From positions 1,344,001 through 1,408,000 of the forward strand of contig CBDCVK010000010.1 in the NCBI GenBank assembly GCA_965223005.1: 64,000 nucleotides of DNA. Reading direction: 5' to 3'. How positions within the stretch are numbered: the stretch's first letter is position 1; every line of letters starts with the position of its first letter. This DNA is from Terriglobia bacterium (GTDB lineage Bacteria; Acidobacteriota; Terriglobia; JAJPHL01; JAPKYU01). The notes below the pieces were generated by a model. It searched no databases and had not been told where the DNA came from. It was given only the letters and a program-made list of their open reading frames with translations. Positions 18,982 to 29,770 of this stretch are shown in pieces. The translations under genes were made by a program, and so were the position numbers.

Positions 18982-19599
18982 ATGCCGGGCCTGCCGCATC
19001 ACAGACCGCAGGAAGAGCACGGAAACGAATCGGTGCTGCTGGCCTCGGCTTCACCGAGACGCCGGGATCTGCTGCGCGCAGCCGGGATTGGCTTTGAGGC
19101 CATAGCCAGCAACATCCCGGAAGTGATGCAGCCCGGAGAATCGGCCGAGGAGTTTGTCTGCCGCATGGCGGTGGCCAAGGCAGAGCAGGTGGCCGCCGGC
19201 AGGCCGGGGGAAGCCCGGCTCATCGTGGCCGCGGACACGGTAGTAGTGGTGAACCAAACAGTGCTGGGCAAGCCGGATTCGGCCTCGAGCGCTGCTTCCA
19301 TGTTGCGACTGCTCAGTGGCCGCACCCACGTCGTGCTCACCGGCCTTTGCGTGCTCGAAGCGGGCGGCGGTCGGCGCTGGGTGGAGGCGGTGCGTACCCA
19401 GGTGCGGTTTGGTCCACTGACGGAAGCAGAAATCAGCCAGTACGTGGCCACCGGCGAGCCGCTGGATAAAGCCGGCGCCTACGCCATTCAGGGCCTGGCT
19501 TCCAAATTTGTCGAGCGGATTGAGGGTTGTTACTTCAACGTGGTGGGGCTGCCTGTGCCGACCCTCTACCGCCTGCTCAAACAGGCACGTCCGTCCTGA
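18982..19599 (+). CDS. maf: Maf family nucleotide pyrophosphatase
   Basis: LASASPRR, AADTVV, LGKP, GEPLDKAGAYAIQG, NVVGLP. Confidence 0.93.
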   Translation: MPGLPHHRPQEEHGNESVLLASASPRRRDLLRAAGIGFEAIASNIPEVMQPGESAEEFVCRMAVAKAEQVAAGRPGEARLIVAADTVVVVNQTVLGKPDSASSAASMLRLLSGRTHVVLTGLCVLEAGGGRRWVEAVRTQVRFGPLTEAEISQYVATGEPLDKAGAYAIQGLASKFVERIEGCYFNVVGLPVPTLYRLLKQARPS

Positions 19600-19646
19600 C
19601 CATGCGCGGGAGCCGGCCGCGAGCACTCACGGGGAGTTGGGCCGTC

Positions 19647-19844
19647 TCAGGAAGCTCGCTCGGGCTTGTCATTCGCGCCGCGCGGTTCCTCAGGCTTGTC
19701 CTCACCACCGCGCAGGGCCTGCTTGAAGTTCTTGATGCCCTCGCCAATCCCCTTACCAAGTTCGGGAAGCTTGCGGCCGCCGAAGATCAGCACGGCGATC
19801 CCGAGGATCACCATCAGTTCGGGTAAGCCAATGCGGAACGGCAC
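19647..19844 (-). CDS. tatA: Twin-arginine translocase subunit TatA
   Basis: [32 protein letters not shown]; AAGGAGG RBS. Confidence 0.92.
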   Translation of the reverse strand: MPFRIGLPELMVILGIAVLIFGGRKLPELGKGIGEGIKNFKQALRGGEDKPEEPRGANDKPERAS

Positions 19845-19909
19845 AATTTACCTCCTTTCTGTATTGTATCGCAGAAAGCTGCGGTACAAGCCCGAATCCT
19901 GTGAAAACG

Positions 19910-19993
19910 AGTAGGTAGTAGGCCGAGCGTCGGTGAGCGCTAGGGAGCAGTTAGCAGGTACTGCTTACTGCTTACTGCCTACTGCCAACTGCC
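19910..19993. repeat. Heptamer tandem array (TACTGC[C/T] x5) with degenerate complementary left arm
   Basis: tactgct tactgct tactgcc tactgcc aactgcc at 19959-19993; agtaggt agtaggc and agcagtt agcaggt upstream. Confidence 0.75.
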
Positions 19994-20001
19994 TCCTGGG
20001 T

Positions 20002-21624
20002 TTAGCGGTCCCGGACCAGCGCCAGGCAGATGCGGTCAATCAACCGGGTGATCCGGCGACCGCGCACCTTATGGTTGTTGACCATGATGGAGAATGCCAG
20101 GCGCTCTCCGCTCTGAGTGGTGGCATAGCCAGACAGCACAGTGACATGCCCTAGCATGCCGGTCTTGGCCAGCACGCGGCCCGTCGCGACAGTGTTACGC
20201 AAGCGCCGCTTGAGTGTGCCGTCCACGCCAGCAACTGGAAGCAGGTCCAGCCAGGTATCCCGGAATCTCCGGCGGTCCATGTGCTGGAGTAGTGCCACAA
20301 CGGCGCCGGGCGTCACCAGGTTCCGACGAGAAAGGCCTGACCCATCGAAGAACAGATACTCGTCCTTGGGAACGCCCGCCTGGTCCAGAAACTCCTTGAG
20401 TTCTTCCATTCCGGCAGCCACGCTGCCGATGCCACGCCGCTCGCGGGCGACTGTCCGCAGCAATATTTCGGCGTGCAGGTTTTGGCTGACCTTGTTGACC
20501 ACCTTCAAGTCTTCCACCAGAGGAAGCGACTGGTGGCTGGCCAGCACCCGGCGACTGGGCTCTTCCATCGAGTTCGGGAGCTCGTCGACGGTCTTCAAAT
20601 CCTCAAACTCGGAGGGGTGCGCGTGCCGGACACGCACCTGTCCATCAACCACAACACCGCGCTGCCGCAGGGCTGCGTGCAGGTACTTGCCGGCAAACAG
20701 TGCCGGATCCTCCAGCGCCACCTCTTCGCGGGCTCTCCGGCCGCGAATCGGAATGCGCCCCCAAAGCTTCAACGTGTAACTGCCCGGCTCTCGGCGGACG
20801 GAGATACGGCGCGTCGCGCCGCCACCGCCAGCCTTGGAGGCCGAGCGCGCCCGGGCCGGTCGTCGCCCACGCCGTAGCACGGTGATCACCCGATTCTCGA
20901 TGCGGTAGTAGTCCTGGTTGGGCTCCAGATTGATCAGTGCCGGGTCCCCTGCCCTCTCACCCGGCAGCACCTCTACGACCAGGACGTTGTCGTTCACGCT
21001 GAGCGCCGAGACCGGCGCGCCATAGGACCACAGCAGATCGTCGTAGGTCCAGCCTTCCCCATAGCGCTCGAAGACGAAGTAAGTATCGTCGGCCACCAGG
21101 TCGCCACTCACACGGCGGATGCCGAGGTCGGCGACCTGCCCAGCCAGCTCGTCCAGCGCCCGAAGCGGCGGTCCTTCGCGCCGGGTCTGGCCTTCGTAAG
21201 GGAGGACGCGCGCGGAAAGGTTGGGGTCGCCGCGGCCCACCAGCCACAGGTCGCCTTCAATTCGCCCGTTCGCGTCAGGCGCTACCTCGCTTTCCACAGT
21301 GGTGTAGAAGCGGAACTGCGGCCCCAGGGTGGACAGTGCCAGCGCTGTGGTGAACAGCTTGTTGTTGGAGGCCGGAGTGAAGAACTTCTGCGCGTTGCGT
21401 TTGTAGAGGGTCTTGCCAGTCCTAAGGGAGACAACCTTGATGCCCCAGTGCGCGCGCCGGGCGTCGCGCTCCGCCAGAATCGATGCGATGTGTCGGCGGA
21501 GGCTGCTGGCCGCTGGGGGCGCCTTCGGCTTGGCTGGCGGCTTGGCAGGTCCGGCGGCTGCGGCCAGCATTGCCGCCACCAGCCACACAACCGGTAGATG
21601 TCGGCTCTTCCGATCGGCCCACAT
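20002..21624 (-). CDS. dacB: D-alanyl-D-alanine carboxypeptidase/endopeptidase (PBP4, S13)
   Basis: PASNNK (SxxK), GRGDP, SQN, DGSGLSR, KTG motifs. Confidence 0.93.
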   Translation of the reverse strand: MWADRKSRHLPVVWLVAAMLAAAAGPAKPPAKPKAPPAASSLRRHIASILAERDARRAHWGIKVVSLRTGKTLYKRNAQKFFTPASNNKLFTTALALSTLGPQFRFYTTVESEVAPDANGRIEGDLWLVGRGDPNLSARVLPYEGQTRREGPPLRALDELAGQVADLGIRRVSGDLVADDTYFVFERYGEGWTYDDLLWSYGAPVSALSVNDNVLVVEVLPGERAGDPALINLEPNQDYYRIENRVITVLRRGRRPARARSASKAGGGGATRRISVRREPGSYTLKLWGRIPIRGRRAREEVALEDPALFAGKYLHAALRQRGVVVDGQVRVRHAHPSEFEDLKTVDELPNSMEEPSRRVLASHQSLPLVEDLKVVNKVSQNLHAEILLRTVARERRGIGSVAAGMEELKEFLDQAGVPKDEYLFFDGSGLSRRNLVTPGAVVALLQHMDRRRFRDTWLDLLPVAGVDGTLKRRLRNTVATGRVLAKTGMLGHVTVLSGYATTQSGERLAFSIMVNNHKVRGRRITRLIDRICLALVRDR

Positions 21625-21634
21625 TGCTAGACCT

Positions 21635-22603
21635 TCAGAGCAGCTTGGCCGCTTCCTTGGCGAAGTAGGTCAGGACAATATCCGCGCCGGCGCGCCGGAT
21701 GGCCACCAGCGACTCCATCATTGCGCGCTCGCAGTCGATCCACCCGAGCCGTCCTGCCGCCAGGATCATGGAATACTCGCCGCTGACTTGATACGCCGCC
21801 ACCGGCACTCGAAACTCCTGGCGGACGCGGTAGATCACGTCCAGATAGGGCATCGCCGGTTTGACCATGACCATGTCGGCGCCTTCCTCAATGTCCAGCG
21901 CCACCTCGCGCAGTGCTTCCCGTTCGTTGGCCGGATCCATCTGGTAAGAGCGGCGGTCGCTGAACTGTGGCGCCGAATCGGCGGCCTCGCGGAAAGGGCC
22001 ATAGAACACCGAGGCGTACTTGGCGGCATAGGAAAGAATTGCGACCTGGCTGAAGCCCGCCGCGTCCAGGGCGCTGCGAACGGAGGCGACGCGGCCATCC
22101 ATCATGTCCGAGGGCGCTACGATGTCGGCACCGGCGCGCGCCTGCGACACCGCGGTCCGCGCCAGTAACTCCAGGGTAGTGTCGTTGTCCACGTCGCCGT
22201 CCCGGACGCGCCCGCAGTGTCCGTGGCTGGTGTACTCGCAGAGGCACACATCGGTTATCACCAGCAGTTCGGGAACCGCCCGCTTGATGGTCTCCACCCC
22301 CCGCTGCACGATCCCGTCGTCCTGGTAGGCGCCCGAACCTTCCTCGTCCTTGCTCTCCGGCAGGCCGAACAGCAGCACCGCCGGGATGCCCAGGTCGGCC
22401 ACTTCCCGGCACTCCTCGGCAAGGCGATCCACCGAGAGGTGGTATTGGTTCGGCATGGAGCGAATCTCCTGTCGCACTCCGCTGCCCGGGCAAATAAACA
22501 GTGGATAGACCAGATTGCGCTGCGACAGCCGGGTCTCCCGCACGAAGGCGCGCAGCAGTTCGCTGCGCCGCAGACGACGGGGCCGCGTGGTGGGAAACGC
22601 CAT
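21635..22603 (-). CDS. hemB: Porphobilinogen synthase
   Basis: [34 protein letters not shown]. Confidence 0.97.
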   Translation of the reverse strand: MAFPTTRPRRLRRSELLRAFVRETRLSQRNLVYPLFICPGSGVRQEIRSMPNQYHLSVDRLAEECREVADLGIPAVLLFGLPESKDEEGSGAYQDDGIVQRGVETIKRAVPELLVITDVCLCEYTSHGHCGRVRDGDVDNDTTLELLARTAVSQARAGADIVAPSDMMDGRVASVRSALDAAGFSQVAILSYAAKYASVFYGPFREAADSAPQFSDRRSYQMDPANEREALREVALDIEEGADMVMVKPAMPYLDVIYRVRQEFRVPVAAYQVSGEYSMILAAGRLGWIDCERAMMESLVAIRRAGADIVLTYFAKEAAKLL

Positions 22604-22702
22604 CTCAAAGATGATACCACGCGGCGGTTGCGGCCCCAGATCCCTGTGCTACAGGCCGTGATACAAGCTGTGCTACAAGAGAGGGCGGGCACGAACCGCC
22701 GG

Positions 22703-23029
22703 ATGCTCTCCCATCTGTTCGTCTATGGCACACTGCGACGCGGCCAGCCGCTGCACCATGAGCTTGTGCGGGCGCGGGCCGAGTTCGTGGGCTGCGCTCG
22801 AATGTCCGGCCGGCTCTACGACCTCGGCCGATATCCAGGCGCTTTGGCCACCGGCGACCAAGTAATTCCCGGCGAGCTCTACCGCCTGCCGGAGCCAGAA
22901 CGGGCGTTGAGGCACCTGGACACGGTGGAAGGCAGGCAGTTCCACCGGGCCACGGTGCAGGTCACGCTCGATAATGGGGAACTGAAGCAAGCGTGGGTCT
23001 ATTTGCTCAAACGGCCACCGCCCGGCTGA
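22703..23029 (+). CDS. Gamma-glutamylcyclotransferase family protein
   Basis: LFVYGTLRRG, YPG, GELY, LD.VEG, AWVY. Confidence 0.85.
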   Translation: MLSHLFVYGTLRRGQPLHHELVRARAEFVGCARMSGRLYDLGRYPGALATGDQVIPGELYRLPEPERALRHLDTVEGRQFHRATVQVTLDNGELKQAWVYLLKRPPPG

Positions 23030-23136
23030 AGCCGGCAACACCTGGTTCAGGTTTCAGCGGCTGCTCTGCTATACTCCGATTTCCCGTGGAGGCCCTGCCT
23101 CTCGGTCCCTTCAGGGTCTTGTCATCAGACGAATCT

Positions 23137-23850
23137 ATGGACTCACAGCCACAAGCCCCACCGCAGCCGGAGTTGCTGAGCCGGGCTTCCGCGGAGCAGA
23201 TGGCGGAATTATTGAAGGTTCTGGGGGACCCACACTTGCTGCTGGAGGCCGGGCTGCGGCTGGCGATGCAAGTGGTAAGCGCGAAGCGAGGCTTGGCATT
23301 CGACACGGCAGGCCGGATGGCTAGCGCCGGCATGACTCCGAAGGAGGCGGAAACGATCCGGCAGGAAAGGCTGGGCCAGCTGTTGGTGGGGGCTGGCGTG
23401 CGCTGCTACTCGGGTCCCGGGTTCGCCGACCCCGTTGCTGAGGGCGTGGCAGCGGTGGCGGGCATGGCGGGGGTTATCGGCGCCCCAGGCGGCGCCTCCG
23501 TGGTGGCGGTCGAACGCGACCAGCGGCCCTTTGATCCTACCGACCAGCAGGTTATGGCCGAGATGCTGCACCTTCTCGCGCACCCCTTCGAGCAAACTGC
23601 AGCAGCGACTCGCTTTCGCCGAGACGGCAAGCCGGGCCCAAACGGCGAGCCTGAGGCCCGCAAACTCAGCCCGGCGGAACTTCCTCTGGACAGGCTCGAA
23701 CCCTTTCCGCTACTGCAGGAAATGGAGCGGCTGCTGATTCGGGAGGCACTGAACCGTTGCGGCAATAACCGGACGCGGGCGGCGGCCGCCCTGGGACTGA
23801 CCCGCGAAGGGCTCCGCAAGAAACTCAACCGCTACGAAATCGGCAGCTGA
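23137..23850 (+). CDS. Fis-type HTH protein with GAF-like N-terminus
   Basis: C-terminal ERLLIREAL.RCGNNRTRAAAALGLTREGLRKKL (HTH_8); no Walker A or GAFTGA motif. Confidence 0.7.
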   Translation: MDSQPQAPPQPELLSRASAEQMAELLKVLGDPHLLLEAGLRLAMQVVSAKRGLAFDTAGRMASAGMTPKEAETIRQERLGQLLVGAGVRCYSGPGFADPVAEGVAAVAGMAGVIGAPGGASVVAVERDQRPFDPTDQQVMAEMLHLLAHPFEQTAAATRFRRDGKPGPNGEPEARKLSPAELPLDRLEPFPLLQEMERLLIREALNRCGNNRTRAAAALGLTREGLRKKLNRYEIGS

Positions 23851-24167
23851 AATTGCTGCCGGAGCCGGTCACCATAGATTTCAGCAAAGTATAATTCCTA
23901 ACGGAAGCCTACCTTCCGCCGCACCCTGGAGTTGGGCGGCGAAGAGAAACCGGTTCGAATGAAGCGCAGTTCCCTGATTGAATATTTCGCGAAGCGCGGG
24001 TGGCCTCGGCAGCAGCTTCATGAAGGCCTCGAAGTCCTATCTCCAACCAACTGCTGGGAAACAGCTTAATTGCCCCCATGCCGGTGGCAGCTCGGTAAGC
24101 TCTTCGAGCGAAAGAACTGCGAGTGTTCGCAAGCCGTTCTGAGGGTCCGGGCAGCCCTATCCCAACC

Positions 24168-24710
24168 TTACTTGAACCCGCGGCGCCGCTGCTCGCTGTA
24201 GCGGCGCAGGGCGTCCTCCATGATGGGATAGGCCTTCGCGGCCGGTTGGATCTCATCCACTTCCACCGCCTTTCCTTCCAGTTGCTTGTAGTCCTGGAAG
24301 AAGCGGCGAAGCATCATGAGCCGGTGGGACGGCATCTCGCTGGCTTCCCGGAAGGAGGTGAACTCCGGGTCCTGGGTAGCCACGCCGATAATCTTGTGGT
24401 CCTTCTTGCCGGCGTCGATCATGGTCATCAACCCAATGGTGCGCGTGTGAATGATGGTGAGGGGCACGACCGTTTCCTGGCAGAGCACCAGCACGTCCAG
24501 CGGGTCATCGTCCTCCGCAAGCGTCTGGGGAATGAATCCATAGTTGGCGGGATAGTAGACGGCCGAATACAGCACACGGTCGAGTTTGATCAGGCCGCTC
24601 TGCTTGTCCAACTCGTATTTGACGCTCGAGCCGGAAGGGATTTCGATGACGCTCAGGAACTCCTGAGGGATATTCTCACCGGGCGTGATGTCATGCCAGG
24701 GATGAATCAT
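24168..24710 (-). CDS. ppa: Inorganic pyrophosphatase
   Basis: [36 protein letters not shown]. Confidence 0.95.
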   Translation of the reverse strand: MIHPWHDITPGENIPQEFLSVIEIPSGSSVKYELDKQSGLIKLDRVLYSAVYYPANYGFIPQTLAEDDDPLDVLVLCQETVVPLTIIHTRTIGLMTMIDAGKKDHKIIGVATQDPEFTSFREASEMPSHRLMMLRRFFQDYKQLEGKAVEVDEIQPAAKAYPIMEDALRRYSEQRRRGFK

Positions 24711-24837
24711 GCTGAGGTCCACTCCTCGTAGCTCGGGTGCACATGCCGCGGAGCATTCGGTACGGCCGAGCGCAATTCCAGGGCGACCTTTCCCCGTACC
24801 ACCTGGCGCCCCGGGCCCTCGACTCGCGGCCACGCGA

Positions 24838-25224
24838 TCATGCGGCGATTCTCCTCCGCCGAAATCTCAGTCCGTGCAGCCCTCTCAGGCCGTACAGCCC
24901 AAGGATAAACGCACAAAAGCCTGCCGCGCTCCAGGCCAGCAGTCGCTCGGAGACGTTCGGATACACCAGTGCCTCCAGGTAGTGGATGAGGAAAGACTCT
25001 TGGTACGGTTCCATTCCGGCGCGGCTCTGCGCCCACTGCTCCACCAGAGTTAACGGGCACCACCAGGGGCCCAGTTCAATCACAATACTATAGAGCAGCG
25101 ACAGGATGTGAAGCGCGCCCAGCCAGGGCCGGTTGCGGGTCAGCAGCCAGCCTAGCGCCACCCACACAATCCAGGCCAGATGCAGTGTCAGGACAGCCGC
25201 GGCCAATGCTAAGTAGAGATTCAC
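24838..25224 (-). CDS. DUF2784-family membrane protein
   Basis: H in TM1, LH, CPLT..E..A, F..HY...VY pattern. Confidence 0.75.
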   Translation of the reverse strand: MNLYLALAAAVLTLHLAWIVWVALGWLLTRNRPWLGALHILSLLYSIVIELGPWWCPLTLVEQWAQSRAGMEPYQESFLIHYLEALVYPNVSERLLAWSAAGFCAFILGLYGLRGLHGLRFRRRRIAA

Positions 25225-25311
25225 AGCAATGCGACACCCCTATTGTAACAGCCTGTACCGCAGGCGCCCGAAGCACAGTAGAATAGACGGCCGACACGCA
25301 GGAGGTTCCGA

Positions 25312-25725
25312 ATGGCCGACAAGACCCAACAGGACAAGACCAACAAGACTGATGCGGATTGGCGCGCCCAGCTCACCCCCGAGCAGTACCACGTGACCCG
25401 CCAGAAGGGCACCGAGCCGCCGTTTACCGGCGAGTACTGCGACGCCAAGGACCAGGGCACCTATGCTTGCGTCTGCTGCGGCCAGCCGCTGTTCAGCTCC
25501 GAGACGAAGTTCGATTCGGGCACGGGCTGGCCCAGCTTCTATGCGCCGCTGGAGGGGGACAACGTCGCTGCCCACCCGGACAACAGCCTTGGCATGGCGC
25601 GCACTGAGGTGACCTGCGCCCGTTGCGACGCGCACCTGGGACACGTCTTTGAGGATGGTCCTCGCCCTACCGGTCTGCGCTACTGCATCAACTCAGCCGC
25701 CCTCGACCTGAACCAGAAGGAGTGA
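25312..25725 (+). CDS. msrB: Methionine-R-sulfoxide reductase
   Basis: [33 protein letters not shown]. Confidence 0.96.
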   Translation: MADKTQQDKTNKTDADWRAQLTPEQYHVTRQKGTEPPFTGEYCDAKDQGTYACVCCGQPLFSSETKFDSGTGWPSFYAPLEGDNVAAHPDNSLGMARTEVTCARCDAHLGHVFEDGPRPTGLRYCINSAALDLNQKE

Positions 25726-25834
25726 CGACGGTGAGATTGTAGCGCCCGGCCTTGGGCCGGTCCCATGACGGTTGCCGTCAGGGAGAGGCGGTGCTACGGC
25801 AGGGGCAGGGCTCACTCGAACTGCCGATTTGCGT

Positions 25835-27151
25835 TCAGACCAGTTCGTGGATCGGCACACCGGTCTTGTCGTCAATGGAGTTGGCGATCTTAACCGGACG
25901 CCCGATGGGCGTCATGTAGGTTTTCTCCCAGTCAATGCCGAAGGCCTTGTAGACCGTCGCGTAAACATCGCCCATGGTGACCATGCGGTCGGCCACGTAC
26001 GCGGCTCGTTCATCGCTGGCTCCGATGACCTGCCCACCCCGAATCCCGCCGCCGCCCAACACCAGAGACCAGCATTCCGGCCAGTGGTCCCGGCCGTGGT
26101 TGGGGTTGATTTGGGGCGTGCGGCCAAACTCGCCCGTCGCGATGACGATGGTGGATTCCAGCAAGCCGCGTTGCTCAAGGTCATCCAGTAGCGTCGAAAG
26201 AGTCTGGTCCAGGCTGGGCGCGAGCGTGTCGCGGTGGCGTTTGTTGTTATCGGCGTGCGTGTCCCATTCGATGTGCTTGTACCCGGCCGCAGTCACAAAG
26301 CGGGCGCCGGCCTCGACTAGGCGTCGCGCCAGCAGCGTGCCCTGTCCGAACGGATTGCGGCCGTAAGCGTCCTTGAGCTTCTCCGGCTCTTTGGACATGT
26401 CGAAGGCTTCCTTTACCTTTGGGGAAAGAAGCATTTTCCAGGCCGCATCGGTGAAGCGGTCCATCTTGGCGTACTCCGCTTCCTCGAACTTCTCGCGATA
26501 CATCCGGTCCACGACCTTCAAAGCCGAAAGCCGGTCCTCGATCACTCGCTCGGAAATCGACTTGGGCAGGCTCAGATCGGGCACCGCAAAGTCGGGACGG
26601 CTGGGGTTGGGAACCACCATCGGCTCGTACTTCGGGCCGAGATAGAAGGCCTTGAAGAACCGCTCCAGGTCCAGGCGATCGGTCACCACGTACGGAGGGA
26701 TCTCATTGCGCGGGCTCATTTCCCGGGCAATGATCGAGCCAATCGAGGGGAACTGCAAAGCCGGGATGGGCCGGTGCCCGGTGAGCAAATAGTGGGTGGC
26801 CTGGGGATGGTTGTTTTCTTCCGTGTGCATCGAGCGAATGATCGCCAGCTTATCCATGCGGCGCGACATCTTCGGCAACAACTCCGAAATCTGGATGCCC
26901 GGCACATTGGTGGAGATCGGCTTGAACGCGCTGTTGCCGGTAAGCTTAGGATCCCAGGTGTCGATCTGGCTTGGCCCACCCTCCAGCCACAGCATGATGC
27001 AGGCCTGGGCCTTGCCGTTGGGCGCCAGGTTTTCCGCGGCCATCAGGTAGTCGCGCAGACTGATCCCCAGAAAGCTCAGCGCGCCGACGCGCATAAAATC
27101 CCGGCGTCCGATGCCCGGTTCCAAACATCCCATCCAGTCCGTATTGCTCAT
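25835..27151 (-). CDS. DUF1501 domain protein (Tat-type leader)
   Basis: GRRDFM, GGPSQIDTWDPK, LLARRLVEAG, WDTH, GEFGRTP, GRDHW. Confidence 0.9.
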   Translation of the reverse strand: MSNTDWMGCLEPGIGRRDFMRVGALSFLGISLRDYLMAAENLAPNGKAQACIMLWLEGGPSQIDTWDPKLTGNSAFKPISTNVPGIQISELLPKMSRRMDKLAIIRSMHTEENNHPQATHYLLTGHRPIPALQFPSIGSIIAREMSPRNEIPPYVVTDRLDLERFFKAFYLGPKYEPMVVPNPSRPDFAVPDLSLPKSISERVIEDRLSALKVVDRMYREKFEEAEYAKMDRFTDAAWKMLLSPKVKEAFDMSKEPEKLKDAYGRNPFGQGTLLARRLVEAGARFVTAAGYKHIEWDTHADNNKRHRDTLAPSLDQTLSTLLDDLEQRGLLESTIVIATGEFGRTPQINPNHGRDHWPECWSLVLGGGGIRGGQVIGASDERAAYVADRMVTMGDVYATVYKAFGIDWEKTYMTPIGRPVKIANSIDDKTGVPIHELV

Positions 27152-27170
27152 GGCGTTCTCCTGAATCTAC

Positions 27171-29739
27171 TCAGTGGTTGGTGACAAACTCTCTGGAGCT
27201 GATCAAGGCCCAGGCGATGCTTCGGATGGCCTCAGGCCGCGAAGCGCTGGTGCTGATCCGTTGCTGCAACTCCTTCTGTTCGGCATCCGAAGGAAGGCGC
27301 GACAAAGCAGCAAGGTAAAGCTCCTCGATGATCTTCGCGTCGGAGGATCCACTCTTCAACAGCCGGTCCATACGTCCGCCCTCTTTCAAAAGCTTCTCGG
27401 TGTAGGTGTTTCCGGCCAGCATGTGCAGGGCTTGTTGCATGTTGCTTTCGTTTCTTCTCTCCGGCACGGCCATCCGGTTCGGGCGGCCATACACTTCGAG
27501 GAACCGCGAGGGCAACATGTCGGTCTCTACTACATTAATCGCGCGAGACCCCGGAGGCAGCGCGCCCGGCAAACTTGAGAAGTCTGTCGCGAAGCGACGC
27601 AACGTCTCGGGAACCCCGGTGGCCGCGGAGATGGCATCGAGCAGCACTTCGGCGTCAAGCCGCCTGGGGACGAAGTGTGAGTAATTGATTCGGTCATCAG
27701 CGTTCGTCTCATTCGGCACGCTGGAGAGCTGATAGGTCCGGGAGTTGACGATGGTTCGCATCAGATGCTTGAGATCGTGGCCGCCCTCCTGGAAGTCCTG
27801 GGCGAGCGCTTCCAGAAGGTCCGGATGGGTTGGCGGATTCGTGGAGCGAAAATCATCCACCGGATCGACAATCCCTCTCCCGAAGAAGTACCCCCACGTG
27901 CGGTTGACGGAGGCTTCGGCGAAGTAAGGATGCGAGGTCATCCACTCGGCCAGTTTCCAGCGCAGGTCCGCACGCTTTGACTCCGGCAACTCGCGGCCGT
28001 CGAGGAAAGTCGGCTGGACCACCGCCTTGGTCTTCGGATGCGTCACGAACTTGCTCTTTCCCGTCTGGCCGTAGTCGACTTCCTGGCCGGCCGGATCGTC
28101 GTAGAGCACCGAACCGTGCAGATTGTAGTCCTGTGGACCAAACTTTACCGCATTCATCCGGCCGAAGAACGCAGTCAGGCCCCAAAACTGGTCCTGGCTC
28201 CAGGTCTCGAAGGGGTGATTGTGGCACTGCGCACAATCGAATCTCCGCCCCAGGAAGACGCGCACCTGCTCGCCCATCTTCTGCTCCGGGTTCCGCTCTT
28301 CTCCGGCAGGAAAGTAATGGGGGGCGGCGCCGCCGTAGCCCTGCGCGGCGATTCGCTCGCGGGCGATCCGGTCATACGGCTTGTTCGCGGCGATGCTCGC
28401 GCGAATCCATTTCCAATAATTATGTGCCGATCGCGGGTCAATCTGGTTCTTATACCGGCCCACGCGGAACACGTCGGCGAAACGGAACGTCCAGTAGTCG
28501 ATGAATTCCGGCGTGTTCATCAGAACTTCGACCACCTTCTGCCGTTTTCGCCGATCCTTGCTGGCCGCAAACTCGCGCACCCGCTCTGGCGGCGGCAAGA
28601 CCCCGGTCAGGTCCAGGCAGACGCGACGCAGGAACTCCGTATCACTGGAAAGCTTGGAAGGGATAATGTTGAACTTCTTCAGCTTGGCGAATACGTAGTC
28701 GTCGATGAAGTTGTTGTGCGGTACTTTCGGATACCGCGCGATCGGTTTGCCAATCACGCCGACGCTGGTGCTCGTCGCAAACCCTGCCGCGCGAACCATC
28801 ACGGAAGTTTCCCCCGTCCGCACCGCAGCCACCTGGCCTTGCTGATCCACCTTCACCACCTCGGAGTTGTTCGAGGCGTACAGAACCTGGTCGCTGATGT
28901 CCTCCTGTTGGCCATTCGAGAGGTGAGCGGTCACCAGCAGCCGGTGCTTACCTTCCGGAGCCAGCACCACTTCGCGAGGCTCCACCTCGACCCGCACCAC
29001 CCGCACGCCCTCCTTGTCGCCTTCCTCACCGAACGGCGCACCGTTCCGCACCCAGTTCAGGATCGTTTCGTAGTCAGCCGAGTTCGGACGCAACGGCTGC
29101 CCGCCTCCGTGCGAAACACCCATCGTCGCTTTCATCAACAGCAGGCTCTTCTCGGGCTCCTTCAGGTTGACCCGCGGGATTTGTTCACCCTTCTCCGTGG
29201 TCAGGACCTGGTACGTCCCCCCTTCCACAATCCACTGGTAGTCATCGCGGGCGTACAGCGCGTTCAGAGACAGCTTGAATCCGCCCTTTCCTTTCACACC
29301 CCCGTGACAGGAGCTGTCATTGCAGCCGCGCTTGGTAAGGATTCCGCCAATATCACGGGCGAAGCTGAACGGGCGGATCTCCTGCGAGCCCGCTACCCGA
29401 GCGTCGGTCTTGACCGACCGCCCTTCCAACGACGCCGTCAAGACTACGCTCCCGTCGGCCAGCGCCACTACTCGCCCCTCGGCATCCACCTTCGCCACCT
29501 CTGGAATCAGAAATCGAGAACCGGCTCTCGGCGGTCACGTCTCGCTCCAGACCATCGCTGTATTTCCCAATGACCAGGAAATGCTGGAACGCCTTCGCTC
29601 CCCACAGCGTTCGATCCTGCGGTATCAATCGCAAGGACCGCAGTTTGGGAGGGGCAGGCCCGGCCTGGGAAGCGCTCGACAGGCCCAGAACGGCCCCAAC
29701 CAACAGGACCGCCCATCGTCTTTTCTGTCCGCCCAACAT
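27171..29739 (-). pseudogene. DUF1549/DUF1553 protein with Ig-like domains and c-type heme motifs; frameshifted near 29505
   Basis: Signal-peptide ORF 29353-29739 and main ORF 27171-29498 join if one T is removed (..ISD-PEVAKVD). Motifs CNDSSCH, FLRRVCLDLTG, CAQCHNHP, GRGIVDPVDD. Confidence 0.85.
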
Positions 29740-29770
29740 TGTGTTCCCTAGCGCCTCCTCAGCTCACCCG

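Noticed and set aside
23959-24069. 36-aa ORF MKRSSLIEYFAKRGW...
   Set aside because: Short, weak RBS, no recognisable family.
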